From contig WRFD01000001.1 of assembly GCA_009778955.1 (NCBI GenBank), positions 2,105 to 66,104 on the forward strand: a stretch of DNA of 64,000 bases. The letters run 5' to 3'. A program made the translations under genes and the position numbers. This DNA comes from Desulfobulbus sp. (GTDB lineage Bacteria; Desulfobacterota; Desulfobulbia; Desulfobulbales; Desulfobulbaceae). Below are positions 17,549 to 26,779 of this stretch, one piece after another. Positions within the stretch are counted from its first letter, which is position 1, and each line of letters starts with the position of its first letter. The notes under the pieces are model-generated. The model was not told the origin of the DNA and did no database searches. It was given only the letters and a program-made list of their open reading frames with translations.

Positions 17549-18306
17549 GGGGCAGTCTCCACCGAAGTTGGCGTTATCGAAGCCGGCCTGAGCGAGCCGG
17601 TGAGATACTGGATGATGGCAATGGCCGCCAGGGCGGCAGTCTCGCCGCGCAGGATTTGCGGCCCCAAGGAAAAGGTGGCGCATTGCTGCTGTCGCAGCGC
17701 TGCCACCTCGTCGGCATGCAGGCCCCCTTCTGGCCCCAGCACCAGGCAGATTGGCCCTGGCCGACCGGCCAGGGCGGCGGCGGGCAACGGCGCCATCCGC
17801 TCTTCTTCCCAGGCAACCAGGCGATGGACATAGGCGGTGATATCGAACCGGTTCATGGGCATGACCGGCAGGATGCGCATCGGCGTAGCCCGGCGGCACT
17901 GTTTGCAGGCCTCAAGCATGATCCGGCGCCAGCGTTGGTGCTGATGCTCCCGGTCGCCGTGGTTTTCGCAGTAGCGAGATACCAGCGGCGCCAGGGTGTG
18001 CACGCCCAGTTCGGTGGCCTTCTGCACCAAAAAATCCATTTTCTTGCCCTTGAGCAGGCACTGGACCAGGGTCAGCGGTGAGGCGAACGTCGGCTGCTCG
18101 TGCCGGGTGGCGGTGATCTCGGCCATCACCCGGTCGCGGTCCACGGCCAGGAGCAGGGCGGTGTGAACCTTGCCCTGGCCGTCGAACAGCTCCACGGTCT
18201 GGCCAGGGTTGAGCCGCAGGACAGCGGCCAAATGATGCGCCTCGGGTCCGGTGAGGACCAGCCGATTGCCGGCCAGGGCATGGGGAGGCAAAAAAAAGCG
18301 TCGCAT
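17545..18306 (-). CDS. rsmE: 16S rRNA (uracil1498-N3)-methyltransferase
   Basis: MRRFFLP... N-terminus and C-terminal LGPEGG...LGPQILRGETAA, the SPOUT RsmE signature. Its 3' end overlaps the dtd start by 4 nt. Confidence 0.85.
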   Translation of the reverse strand: MRRFFLPPHALAGNRLVLTGPEAHHLAAVLRLNPGQTVELFDGQGKVHTALLLAVDRDRVMAEITATRHEQPTFASPLTLVQCLLKGKKMDFLVQKATELGVHTLAPLVSRYCENHGDREHQHQRWRRIMLEACKQCRRATPMRILPVMPMNRFDITAYVHRLVAWEEERMAPLPAAALAGRPGPICLVLGPEGGLHADEVAALRQQQCATFSLGPQILRGETAALAAIAIIQYLTGSLRPASITPTSVETAP

Positions 18307-18355
18307 GGCTTCTCTGTAGCACAAATCTGGGGCAAATGCATCATCCCGGAATCAA

Positions 18356-18850
18356 TCAGGGAATTGGACAGGCGCCCTGCCGCCGGTAGGTCTCGACCGT
18401 CAGGGGGATTGCCGCCGGGAGGATCTTCCGCTCGATGCATCTATAGGGTAGATCGGAAAAATCGGGGAAAAAGGCATCGCCCTCATACTCCCGGTCGACC
18501 ACCGTGAGGATCAGGGTGTCGGCCAAGGGCAGGGCCTCCCGGTACAACTGGGCGCCGCCGGCGACAAACACCTTGGAGGCGCCGGCACAGAGGGCGATGG
18601 CCTCGGCCAGGGAGGCAGCCGCCGCGCAGTCGGCATGTGGGCGGAATGCCGGATTGCCGCTGACCACGATCATCCGACGGCCGGGCAGAGGGCCGCCTAT
18701 GGACTGGTAGGTTGTGCGGCCCACGATCAGCGGATGCCCCATGGTGGCCGCTTTAAAATGGGCCATCTCTTCCGGTATCCGCCAAGGAATGGTATCATGG
18801 AAGCCGATGACCCGGTTGGCGGCCATGGCCGCGATGACGATCAGTTCCAT
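18356..18850 (-). CDS. folA: Dihydrofolate reductase
   Basis: MELIVIAAMAANRVIGFHDTIPWRIPEEMAHFKAATMGHPLIVGRTTYQSIG. Start chosen at the conserved N-terminus. Confidence 0.85.
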   Translation of the reverse strand: MELIVIAAMAANRVIGFHDTIPWRIPEEMAHFKAATMGHPLIVGRTTYQSIGGPLPGRRMIVVSGNPAFRPHADCAAAASLAEAIALCAGASKVFVAGGAQLYREALPLADTLILTVVDREYEGDAFFPDFSDLPYRCIERKILPAAIPLTVETYRRQGACPIP

Positions 18851-18905
18851 GCCGGTCGGCGGCAGCAAGCCGCCAGTCTTGAACTGTTGGCAGAAAGGAG
18901 GCGAC

Positions 18906-19853
18906 ATGCATATTCTCATCTATGGGGCTGGGGCTCTGGGCCAGGCGATCGGCTGCCTGCTGGCTGAAGACGGCCACCGGGTCGATCTGGTTCTGCGGCC
19001 GCGGTTTGTCGAGGCGGTGCGGACCTCGGGACTGTCGGTGACCGGCATCTTCGGCGAGCACCACGCGCCCCCTGAGCGGCTCGTCCCACTCACCCACCTC
19101 AAGGCCCGCAGCGGCGAGCATTACGACATCATCCTGCTCACTACCAAGACCTACGACACCGATGCGGCCCTGGCCGATATCGCCGGCCTGAATCGCTGCT
19201 ATTGCCCGGTGGTGTCGATGCAGAACGGCTGCGGCAATTTGGAAAAGCTGGAAGAGTGCCTGGGGCGCGAACGTAGCCTGGCCGCCAGGGTGATCACTGG
19301 GTTTGCAATTGAGCGGCCTGGCCTGGTGCGGATTACGGTGTCGGCAGATGCCGTCCACGTGGGAGGCTGCGTACGCGGCGTCATCCCGGCGGCGGCGAAA
19401 AGGCTGGCCGAGGCGCTGAGCCACGTGGGACTGCCCAGCATCGCCGTGGCCGACATCTACCAATCGCTTTTCGCCAAGCTCCTCTACAACTGCGCCCTCA
19501 ACCCGCTGGGCGCGATCCTTGGAGTCCATTACGGCGCGCTCGCCGATCACAGCGAAACCAGGGCGCTCATCGACCGGGTGATCGACGAGACCTTTGCCCT
19601 CATCTCCACCATGGGCGGTTCCACGCCCTGGCCCGATGCCGCCTCCTACCGCAAGTTCTTCTACCGTGAACAGGTTCCCGCGACCTATAACCACCGGCCC
19701 TCTATGCTCCAGGATCTCGAACACCACAAACCCACTGAAATCGACGCCATGGTCGGCTATGTCGCGGCTCAGGGCCGAAAATACGGCATGCCCACCCCCT
19801 GCTGCGAATTCCTGGCCGCCCTGGTCCGCTTCAAGGAGCAGCAGGGGCGGTAA
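18906..19853 (+). CDS. panE: 2-dehydropantoate 2-reductase (ApbA/PanE family)
   Basis: MHILIYGAGALGQAIG Rossmann start, with C-terminal SMLQDLEHHKPTEIDAMVG typical of ketopantoate reductases. Confidence 0.8.
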   Translation: MHILIYGAGALGQAIGCLLAEDGHRVDLVLRPRFVEAVRTSGLSVTGIFGEHHAPPERLVPLTHLKARSGEHYDIILLTTKTYDTDAALADIAGLNRCYCPVVSMQNGCGNLEKLEECLGRERSLAARVITGFAIERPGLVRITVSADAVHVGGCVRGVIPAAAKRLAEALSHVGLPSIAVADIYQSLFAKLLYNCALNPLGAILGVHYGALADHSETRALIDRVIDETFALISTMGGSTPWPDAASYRKFFYREQVPATYNHRPSMLQDLEHHKPTEIDAMVGYVAAQGRKYGMPTPCCEFLAALVRFKEQQGR

Positions 19854-19878
19854 ACACCGCCTCAACCGGCCTAGATTA

Positions 19879-19888
19879 ACCGGATCAG
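19879..19888. repeat. Left copy of a 10-bp direct repeat ACCGGATCAG
   Basis: An identical 10-mer recurs at 20857-20866. Together they bracket the IS1634/methylase debris between panE and recA. Confidence 0.6.
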
Positions 19889-19929
19889 GAAAAAAGATGC
19901 CATATTGCCAGCAAGGGCGGTTTTTTCTG

Positions 19930-20560
19930 CGCCGCCTTTATATCGCCCAACTGATGGCCGAGCATGGACCGATCCAGCTGTCGCTGTTTGACGAGCGCAA
20001 CCTGACGGAGCTGCGCAGCGGGCAGTTTCCAGGAGAGCGTTTGGTCGTCTGCCGCACCCGCTCCTGGCTGATCAGCGTGCCCGCAAACGTCAGGAGTTGC
20101 TGGCCGCCGCCGAGGAGCAACTGGGCAAGATCGCGGCAGCCGCCCAGCGTGCCCGCCGGCCACTCCGCGGCCGGGAGGCCATCGCCCTCCGGGTTGGCGG
20201 AATCATCGAGCGCTTTCGCATGGCCAAGCATTTCGAGCTCGCGATCACCGAGACGAGCTTGACCTGCCATCGCCGCGAAGAGGCCATAGCCTCTGAAGCC
20301 GCCCTCGATGGGCTGCATGTGATCCGCACCAGTCTGGACGGCGCCGCCATGGACGCCTCGGCTGCGGCATCCGTCTACAAGAGCCTGGCGCATGTGGAAC
20401 GGGCCTTCCGCTCGATCAAGACCATGGCCATGCATGTGCGTCCGGTCTTCCATTACAACAGCGAGCGCGTACGAGCGCATGTGTTCTTGTGTATGTTGGC
20501 CTTACGTCCAGCGGCACATGCGCGAGCGTCTCAAGCCGATATTGTTCGATGATGAGCACC
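19930..20560 (+). pseudogene. IS1634-family transposase ghost, C-terminal half (frameshifted, no start)
   Basis: Three frames together read ...IQLSLFDERNLTELRSGQFPGERLVVCR(frameshift)...LLAAAEEQLGKI...MAKHFELAITE...AALDGLHVIRTSL...VYKSLAHVERAFRSIKT...VRPVFHYNSERVRAHVFLCMLA...LKPILFDDE. From memory this is the conserved C-terminal half of one IS1634 subgroup. Confidence 0.65.
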
Positions 20561-20569
20561 TCGATCAGT

Positions 20570-20850
20570 GGCGCTTTGGTTCCGTTGGGGAACTTGGGCT
20601 CCTCTCCACAATGAGAGCATTGGCAACTGTTTTTTGGGGCCGCACCTGTCGTGGAAAGGCTGGCTCGACAGTGAGCGCATTTTCCAGGATTTTCGGAAAA
20701 CTCGGCGAGCAGAAGGGCCCGGAACAAGGCTCCGGGCCTCCTGGCAAACCATTTGTTCACGGCGGTAACCGGGCAGTAATTTAGCTGAATCTGCTTCTTA
20801 CGCTGGGCAAGGTTCGCCGCAAAAGCTATGTCGTAGCGGTCTTCTATCAT
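20570..20850 (-). pseudogene. N-terminal fragment of a DUF1156/COG1743-type DNA methyltransferase (Zn-ribbon adenine methylase)
   Basis: MIEDRYDIAFAANLAQRKKQIQ...VNKWFARRPGALFRALLLAEF followed by CAHC...CSHC. Recalled family signature is IE...rEKxIr...hKWWARRPxxxxRAxLLA plus a zinc ribbon. It is truncated after about 95 aa. The opposite strand could alternatively be the IS1634 tail. Confidence 0.45.
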
Positions 20851-20856
20851 TCGGTT

Positions 20857-20866
20857 ACCGGATCAG
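20857..20866. repeat. Right copy of the 10-bp direct repeat ACCGGATCAG
   Basis: Identical to 19879-19888. Confidence 0.6.
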
Positions 20867-20942
20867 CAGCGATGCAATCGCCCGGATGAATTCTGGCTCC
20901 ATGGCAGCGCAAAGACGTTTGGGGCCAACATGTGCGGACAGA

Positions 20943-21974
20943 TCAACCGCCAGCGGGTTCGCCGTCCACCGGCATGCCGAAGGCCATGCGGAGCTTGCGC
21001 TCCAGGTCGGCTGCGGTGTCCGAATGTTCCTTGAGATATTTCTTGGCGTTTTCCCGCCCCTGGCCGATGCGTTCGTCCTGGTAGCTGTACCAGGCGCCGC
21101 TCTTGTCGACTATCCCCTGGGCCACGCCGAGGTCGAGCAGGTCGCCGGTCCTAGAGACGCCCTCGCCGTAGACGATATCGAACTCGGCCGACTTGAACGG
21201 CGGCGCCACTTTGTTCTTGACCACCTTGACCTTGACCTGGTTGCCGATGGCATCCTGGCCCTCCTTGATCTGGGTGGTCTTGCGGATGTCGATCCGGATC
21301 GAGCTGTAGAACTTGAGGGCGTTGCCGCCGGTGGTGGTCTCGGGGTTACCGAACATGACCCCGATCTTCATCCGGATCTGGTTGATGAAAATCAGCACGG
21401 TGTTGGTGCGCGACAGCACGCCGGTGAACTTGCGCATGGCGTGGCTCATCAGCCGGGCCTGGAGGCCTACGTGCTGGTCGCCGACATTGCCGTCGATCTC
21501 CGCCTTGGGGACCAGCGCTGCCACCGAGTCGATGACCACCACGTCGATCCCGCCGCTGCGGATCAGAATCTCGGCGATTTCCAGCGCCTGTTCGCCGAAG
21601 TCGGGCTGGGAGATGAGCAGGTTGTCGACATCAACGCCCAGCCGCTCGGCATAGGCGGTGTCGAGGGCGTGTTCGGCGTCGATGAAGGCGACGTTGCCGC
21701 CCCGGCGCTGGGCCTCGGCGATCACGTGCAGGGCCAAAGTGGTCTTGCCCGAGGCCTCGGGGCCGTAGATCTCCGTGACCCGGCCTCTTGGCAAGCCGCC
21801 GACCCCCAGGGCCAGGTCCACCGAGAGGATGCCGGTGGAGATGACCGGGATGTTCTCCCTCTCGGTCGAGCCCAGGCGCATGATCGAACCCTTGCCGAAC
21901 TGCCGGTGGATCTGGGTGATGGCATTGTCCACGCTTTTCAGGCGGCCTTCATTGTTCTCGGTGGCGCTTGTCAT
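20943..21974 (-). CDS. recA: Recombinase RecA
   Basis: Contains [19 protein letters not shown] (Walker A), FIDAEHALD and [29 protein letters not shown]. Confidence 0.97.
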   Translation of the reverse strand: MTSATENNEGRLKSVDNAITQIHRQFGKGSIMRLGSTERENIPVISTGILSVDLALGVGGLPRGRVTEIYGPEASGKTTLALHVIAEAQRRGGNVAFIDAEHALDTAYAERLGVDVDNLLISQPDFGEQALEIAEILIRSGGIDVVVIDSVAALVPKAEIDGNVGDQHVGLQARLMSHAMRKFTGVLSRTNTVLIFINQIRMKIGVMFGNPETTTGGNALKFYSSIRIDIRKTTQIKEGQDAIGNQVKVKVVKNKVAPPFKSAEFDIVYGEGVSRTGDLLDLGVAQGIVDKSGAWYSYQDERIGQGRENAKKYLKEHSDTAADLERKLRMAFGMPVDGEPAGG

Positions 21975-21998
21975 GCATTTCTCCTTTGCAACTTGCAG

Positions 21999-23228
21999 TT
22001 AACGGGCAAGAAGAGCCCGGCGCACCATATCCACGGCGGTTTGGGCGGTCTTCTCCTGAATCTGGTGGCGGGAGCCGGTAACAAGGCAGAGCCGGTCGAT
22101 GACGGTGTCGCGGGTGGCCAAGGCGAGATACACCGTGCCTACCGGCTTGTCCGGGGTGCCACCGTCGGGTCCGGCGATGCCGGTCGTGGCCACGGCGATG
22201 TCGCAGTCGAATAGTCGCAGTGCTCCGTCGGCCATGGCCCGGGCCGTTTCGCCGCTCACAGCGCCGTGGCGGGCCAACAGGGCCGGATCGACCCCCAAAA
22301 GCCGCTCCTTGATGTCATTGCCATAGGCGATCACCCCTCCCTTGAACCAGCGGGAGCTGCCCGGCGTTGCGGTCAAGGTGAAGCCGATCAGCCCGCCGGT
22401 GCACGATTCGGCGGTCCCGAGCAGAAAGCCCCGCTGCTCCAGCAGACAACCTGTGGCCGCAGCCAGGGTTGCCCCGCCCATCCCGTAGAGATTGTCGCCC
22501 AAGGCCTCGCGGATGAAGGCGTCGGCGGCCTGCAAAGACAAACCGGCCGAGCTTGGCTCTGGGCGGGTGGTCAGGCAGATATGGACCTCGCAGCCCACCG
22601 GATAATAGCCGATCGCCAGCCCCTGTTCCTCAAGCGGCCGCAGGCGCTGGTTGATCTCGGTCTCGAAAAGGCCGCAGGTGAGGTAGACGGTCTGGCGGGC
22701 CGGCCGGGCGTGGTTGTGGTCGAAGTTCTGCAGGCCGGGCAGCACTTTGGTGCGCAGCAGAATTTCCATCTGAGGCGGCACACCGGGAAGGAACCAGATC
22801 GGCTTGCCCTGGTGGCGAAGCAGGTAGCCGGCCATGCGGTATTCGGGGTCAAGCACCTCCGCTCCCTCGGGCAGCCACGCCAATCTGGCCAGGAAACCGG
22901 CTCCATCGCCACCCCTGCCCAGGCGGGAGGCGATATTGGCGTGCACCCCGGGGTGCACCATGCCGGCCACGCCCAGCGCCTTGATCACGGCCTCGTTGGT
23001 CATGTCATCGGTTGTGGCCCCTAGTCCCCCGGTGACGATGACGAAATCGCACCGGGCAACAACAGTCTTGAGGGTATGGCCGATCAGGTCGGGCACGTCG
23101 CCGATGGTGTGTATGGCCCGGATTTCATGCCCTAGGAGGAACAACTCCCGTGCCGCCAGGCTGCTGGTGGTGTTGACGATCCGGCCCGAGGTCAGCTCGT
23201 CGCCGATGGCGATAATTTCTCCGATCAT
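21999..23228 (-). CDS. cinA: CinA-family competence/damage-inducible protein (nicotinamide-nucleotide amidase)
   Basis: MIGEIIAIGDELTSGRIVNTTS N-terminal MoCF-biosynthesis domain and a C-terminal PncC domain (ESCTGGL). Shows the classic cinA-recA order. Confidence 0.9.
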   Translation of the reverse strand: MIGEIIAIGDELTSGRIVNTTSSLAARELFLLGHEIRAIHTIGDVPDLIGHTLKTVVARCDFVIVTGGLGATTDDMTNEAVIKALGVAGMVHPGVHANIASRLGRGGDGAGFLARLAWLPEGAEVLDPEYRMAGYLLRHQGKPIWFLPGVPPQMEILLRTKVLPGLQNFDHNHARPARQTVYLTCGLFETEINQRLRPLEEQGLAIGYYPVGCEVHICLTTRPEPSSAGLSLQAADAFIREALGDNLYGMGGATLAAATGCLLEQRGFLLGTAESCTGGLIGFTLTATPGSSRWFKGGVIAYGNDIKERLLGVDPALLARHGAVSGETARAMADGALRLFDCDIAVATTGIAGPDGGTPDKPVGTVYLALATRDTVIDRLCLVTGSRHQIQEKTAQTAVDMVRRALLAR

Positions 23229-23323
23229 GGTCCTTCTCTTGACATTCTCCCCTGCCTAACTGCGGGGGATTCCTACGGTGCTCGTTGCAGGCGCATCGCC
23301 CGAACGAGTCGCTTGCTTACCAG

Positions 23324-23530
23324 TTAGCCCTCTTCGAGTTCTTTGAGCGATTTACCGCTTGCATCTTTCCAAAAGAGGTAAGGTCATTGCCCCCCTCCAT
23401 GAATTACAGCGGCTGCGGCACTCGGACTGTCAAATTCGGTATCCTTGGTGAAGATGAAGAAACCTTGCCTCTTGGCAAGTGTTCCGTCCTGAACAAGTTT
23501 GTTGCGAAGTGTGACGACAAACGGATGTTG
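23324..23530 (-). pseudogene. DUF4357-domain fragment with an in-frame TGA
   Basis: Reads ...LRNKLVQDGTLAKRQGFFIFTKDTEFDSPSAAAAVIHGGGQ(TGA at 23384-23386)PYLFWKDASGKSLKELEEG(TAA at 23324). From memory this matches the DUF4357 C-terminal pattern (F.SPSAAA.vv.G...NG...WK...GktL.eL). No N-terminal catalytic domain remains. Confidence 0.5.
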
Positions 23531-23559
23531 TGTTTCGGCGGAAGGTCGTTCGGCGACCA

Positions 23560-23760
23560 CGGCCGTAGAATTTTTGCCAAGCGCCCAATTCCGCCTGCAA
23601 CGTAGCCATATCCGGAACGCGACGATCAAGGCATTGCCCTTTCAAAAGCTTCTTCGCGGAGAAGGAAGGTATTGAGTTCTGCTCTCGGAGCAGCCTGGGC
23701 TTTGCCGGTCCAGCTCGAGACTTCGCAGACGCGCAACCGCTTTGCGTCGCCGTACGGCAA
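23560..23760 (-). pseudogene. IS630-family transposase ghost (C-terminal tail)
   Basis: KGQCLDRRVPDMATLQAELGAWQ resembles the conserved IS630 tail (QCLdRRIpd..tL..Ev.AW). Weaker ...SSW.GKAQ... upstream in another frame. Confidence 0.4.
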
Positions 23761-23930
23761 AAAAAGTTTGATAGTCGCTGATGGCATAAGCTGGCTAACT
23801 GAAATTAGGCAACGATTGTCTTATGATGATCAGTCAAAAGCCCCAAGGGAAGGGCTGGCGCATCCCTTGCCCGTCCAGCGCGGAGGCCGTGCACCAGCCA
23901 CTCGCCGCCTCGGAAATCGAGTAGCCCAGC

Positions 23931-25265
23931 TTACCTGGTTTGCCGACTTTCCTCAAGCAGGTCTTCGGCAATGATCCCCATTGGTTGACCGGCCTCGACC
24001 GCGATCAGCCGCACCGGGGCCACTCGCCGGATCCATTGGGAGGAGCCGGCAAACAGCACCGGCAGATAGTTTTCGGAAAATCCCTGGAGCAGGCCACTTT
24101 TCGCCTGCCGCCGCTCGACCAGCACCTGGAGGGTTCGGCCGATATTGGTCCGGTAGAGGGCCTGCCGTTTGGCCGCATCCAGGGCGCGCAGCCGGCGTAC
24201 CCGCTCTTCCTTCACCGGTCCGGGCAGGTGCCCCGAAAACGAGGCGGCCAGGGTTCCGGGCCGACGGGAATAGGGGAAGACATGGAGATAGTCCACCGGC
24301 AACTCGGCCAGCAGACTGTAGGTGTTGGCGGCCTCCGCATCTGTCTCGCCGGGAAAGCCGCCCAGCACGTCGCAGCCGATGGTGACCCCGGGCAGGCGCT
24401 CACGCACCCGGCGAATAAGGGCGGCGAATTCAGCGCGGCCATACCTGCGGTTCATCCTGGTCAGCACCGCGTCATCGCCGCTTTGCAGGGGAATGTGCAG
24501 GTGGGGCATCAGGTTGGCGTGCTGGTCCAACATCTCCAGGAGCGCGTCATTCACTTCGGCGGGCTCAATTGAACTGAGGCGGATACGGCAGGCCGGAAAG
24601 TCGCGGCACAGCCGGTCCAGTAGGCTGTAGATGGTATAACCTTCGTCCAGGTCGAGCCCGTACTTGCCGACATTGATGCCAGTGATCACCATTTCGCCAT
24701 ACCCTTGGTCGCTGAAAACCGCGGCCTGGTCGAGCACGCTGGCCAGATGCAGACTGCGGCTGGGGCCGCGGGTGTAGGGCACAATGCAGTAGGAGCAGAA
24801 GTTGTTGCAGCCGTCCTGGATGCGGAGGCAGGCGCGGGTACGATCGGGAAAGCGGCTGGCTGGCAGCGGGCAAATCTCTTTTTTGGTGCTGACGTTGCCC
24901 ATGAGCAGGACCAAGTCGGGCGGGTTTTCCACTAGTGCCGCCTCCACCAGGCGGTGCTTGTTGCCGTTGCCGACGACGGTCAGTGGTTGTTCGGTCAGGT
25001 CGAGCACCGCGTTCGGATCCATCTGGGCATAGCAGCCGGTGACGACGAGCCGGGCAGTGGGATGTTCGTGCAGGACGCGCCGGATCAGTTGCCGCGACTG
25101 TTGCCCGGCCTTGGCGGTAACCGTGCATGTATTGATCACATAGACGTCGGCCTCGGCCCGAAACGGCACCAGCACGCAGCCGCAGGCCTCGAACCCGCTG
25201 GCAAAGGCGGCGGACTCGGATTGGTTGACCTTGCACCCCAAAGTGGCGATGGCGATCCGTTTCAC
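23931..25265 (-). CDS. mtaB: Radical-SAM methylthiotransferase, MiaB/MtaB family
   Basis: VKRIAIATLGCKVNQSESAAF (UPF0004 domain), radical-SAM CNNFCSYC, and a TRAM-like C-terminus. GTG start at 25265 overlaps the mnmA stop. The 83 extra N-terminal residues in the track ORF have no family support. Confidence 0.8.
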   Translation of the reverse strand: MKRIAIATLGCKVNQSESAAFASGFEACGCVLVPFRAEADVYVINTCTVTAKAGQQSRQLIRRVLHEHPTARLVVTGCYAQMDPNAVLDLTEQPLTVVGNGNKHRLVEAALVENPPDLVLLMGNVSTKKEICPLPASRFPDRTRACLRIQDGCNNFCSYCIVPYTRGPSRSLHLASVLDQAAVFSDQGYGEMVITGINVGKYGLDLDEGYTIYSLLDRLCRDFPACRIRLSSIEPAEVNDALLEMLDQHANLMPHLHIPLQSGDDAVLTRMNRRYGRAEFAALIRRVRERLPGVTIGCDVLGGFPGETDAEAANTYSLLAELPVDYLHVFPYSRRPGTLAASFSGHLPGPVKEERVRRLRALDAAKRQALYRTNIGRTLQVLVERRQAKSGLLQGFSENYLPVLFAGSSQWIRRVAPVRLIAVEAGQPMGIIAEDLLEESRQTR

Positions 25266-26341
25266 ACGCTTCGCTCCGTCTCGGTGTTCGCTGCGATCAC
25301 ACCGCTGCCCACAACCAGGTCGTCCTCGTAGAAGACGGCGAATTGGCCGGGAGCGATGGCGCACTGGGGGCTGGCGAAGGTCAACTGCCAGGTGCCGGCG
25401 GCCGCGACAATCAATTCGGCCGATGCCGGCTGATGACGGGATCGCAGTTGCACCAGGCCGCGCCAGGGCAGGGTCGGCGGCTGGTGCGTCCAGCGCAGGG
25501 AATGGATGGTGCAACGGTCGCTAAACAATTCGTCGTGCTTGCCGACGACCACCCGGTTGCCGAGGCCGTCAAGCCCTACCACATACCAGGGCGTGGCGTC
25601 GGGCAGCCCCAATCCCCGCCGTTGGCCGATGGTGTACTGCCATACGCCCCGGTGCTCGCCGAGCTGCCGGCCATCGCGGGTGACCACCGGCCCGGCCTGT
25701 TCGCCGATACCCTGGCCGGCCAGAAAGGCGGGTAGGCCAGAGGCCAGAAAGCAGACGTCCTGGCTCTCCTGGCCTGTAAACCGAAAGCCCAGGCCTGCTG
25801 CTCGATGGTAAATCCGCTCCTTGGTCCAGCGACCCAAGGGAAAGAGAATGCGCCCCACCTGCCCCGCATCCAGGCGGGCGAGAAAATAGGATTGATCCTT
25901 CTGACGGTCAACGCCACGGGCCACGAAGGACTGGCCATCACGCTGGTCGATGCGGGCATAGTGGCCGGTGGCGATCCGGTCCATGCCATGGGTTCGCATG
26001 GCCTCGGCCAACAGGCCGAATTTGATGGCGTGATTGCAGTGGATGCATGGGTTGGGCGTCAAGCCGCTTTGATAGGTGGCGGTGAAATATCCGACGACCT
26101 GGTCGGTGAAGTGACGGCGCATATCGATCACTGTCAGGGGAATGGTCAGTTGTCCAGCCACCTGTCGGACCTGCGACAGGTGTTCGTCCAGGCCAGGAAG
26201 CGGCAGCAGCATAAAAAAACCGTGCACATCATGCCCCTGCTCGTACACGAGCGAGGCGGCCATGGTCGAATCGACGCCGCCGCTCATGGCGACGCCGACC
26301 TTCAACTGAACCATGGATGGCTGTCTATTGATGGCGGACAA
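25262..26341 (-). CDS. mnmA: tRNA 2-thiouridine(34) synthase
   Basis: VAMSGGVDSTMAA PP-loop, with TGHYAR and catalytic Cys contexts. Confidence 0.9.
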   Translation of the reverse strand: MSAINRQPSMVQLKVGVAMSGGVDSTMAASLVYEQGHDVHGFFMLLPLPGLDEHLSQVRQVAGQLTIPLTVIDMRRHFTDQVVGYFTATYQSGLTPNPCIHCNHAIKFGLLAEAMRTHGMDRIATGHYARIDQRDGQSFVARGVDRQKDQSYFLARLDAGQVGRILFPLGRWTKERIYHRAAGLGFRFTGQESQDVCFLASGLPAFLAGQGIGEQAGPVVTRDGRQLGEHRGVWQYTIGQRRGLGLPDATPWYVVGLDGLGNRVVVGKHDELFSDRCTIHSLRWTHQPPTLPWRGLVQLRSRHQPASAELIVAAAGTWQLTFASPQCAIAPGQFAVFYEDDLVVGSGVIAANTETERSV

Positions 26342-26401
26342 AGACCAGCGGTGAGGAAAAAAAATCGAAAAACAGGAAGAACATGGCTGTCAGCAACGGA
26401 A

Positions 26402-26779
26402 TCAGAATAAGGAGGCCAGAACTTCGCACTTGCGGCAGATTGTCATCTTTTCTTTCCAGTCTTTGGCGATGGCGCCTGCACCCCGAGTGCTACCGTGAAA
26501 CCAGCAGCAACGTCCAGCCTGGAATTCCCATGCCGAACACTCCTTCTTGTGTACGCACCGTTTAATGGCCCAGCAATCCTTGCGGCTGGGCTGGCCGCTG
26601 TTCTGTTGATTGGCGGCCAGAAAATAGAGTTGTCGCTCGACATGGAAGGGGATGGAGCGCCACCCCTGTTCGTAACTTTGGACGGCCTTGAGCGAAACCC
26701 CCAGCAGCTCGGCCAGCGCCTTCTGGGTTTTTCCCAACTTCACCCGTAACTGAATAAATCCTTCACGGCCCATTTCCAA
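26402..26779 (-). CDS. XRE-family HTH regulator fused to a Cys/Trp-rich (two-CW-like) C-terminal domain
   Basis: N-terminal LGKTQKALAELLGVSLKAVQSYEQG (HTH_3). C-terminal DCWAIKRCVHKKECSAWEFQAGRCCWFHGS...MTICRKCEV has 7 Cys including two C-W pairs. Confidence 0.7.
   Translation of the reverse strand: MEMGREGFIQLRVKLGKTQKALAELLGVSLKAVQSYEQGWRSIPFHVERQLYFLAANQQNSGQPSRKDCWAIKRCVHKKECSAWEFQAGRCCWFHGSTRGAGAIAKDWKEKMTICRKCEVLASLF

Noticed and set aside
17549-17899. Upstream extension of dtd to 266 aa, and similarly the 83-codon extension of mtaB (25266..25514) and the extensions of folA, panE, cmk and parA/parB ORFs.
   Set aside because: The conserved N-termini of these families begin at internal start codons. 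The extensions overlap the neighbouring real genes.
23384-23386. In-frame TGA in the DUF4357 fragment read as selenocysteine.
   Set aside because: The fragment has no start and no N-terminal domain, and I could see no SECIS-like hairpin after the TGA. The position is not a catalytic Cys site. A nonsense mutation in a pseudogene is the simpler reading.
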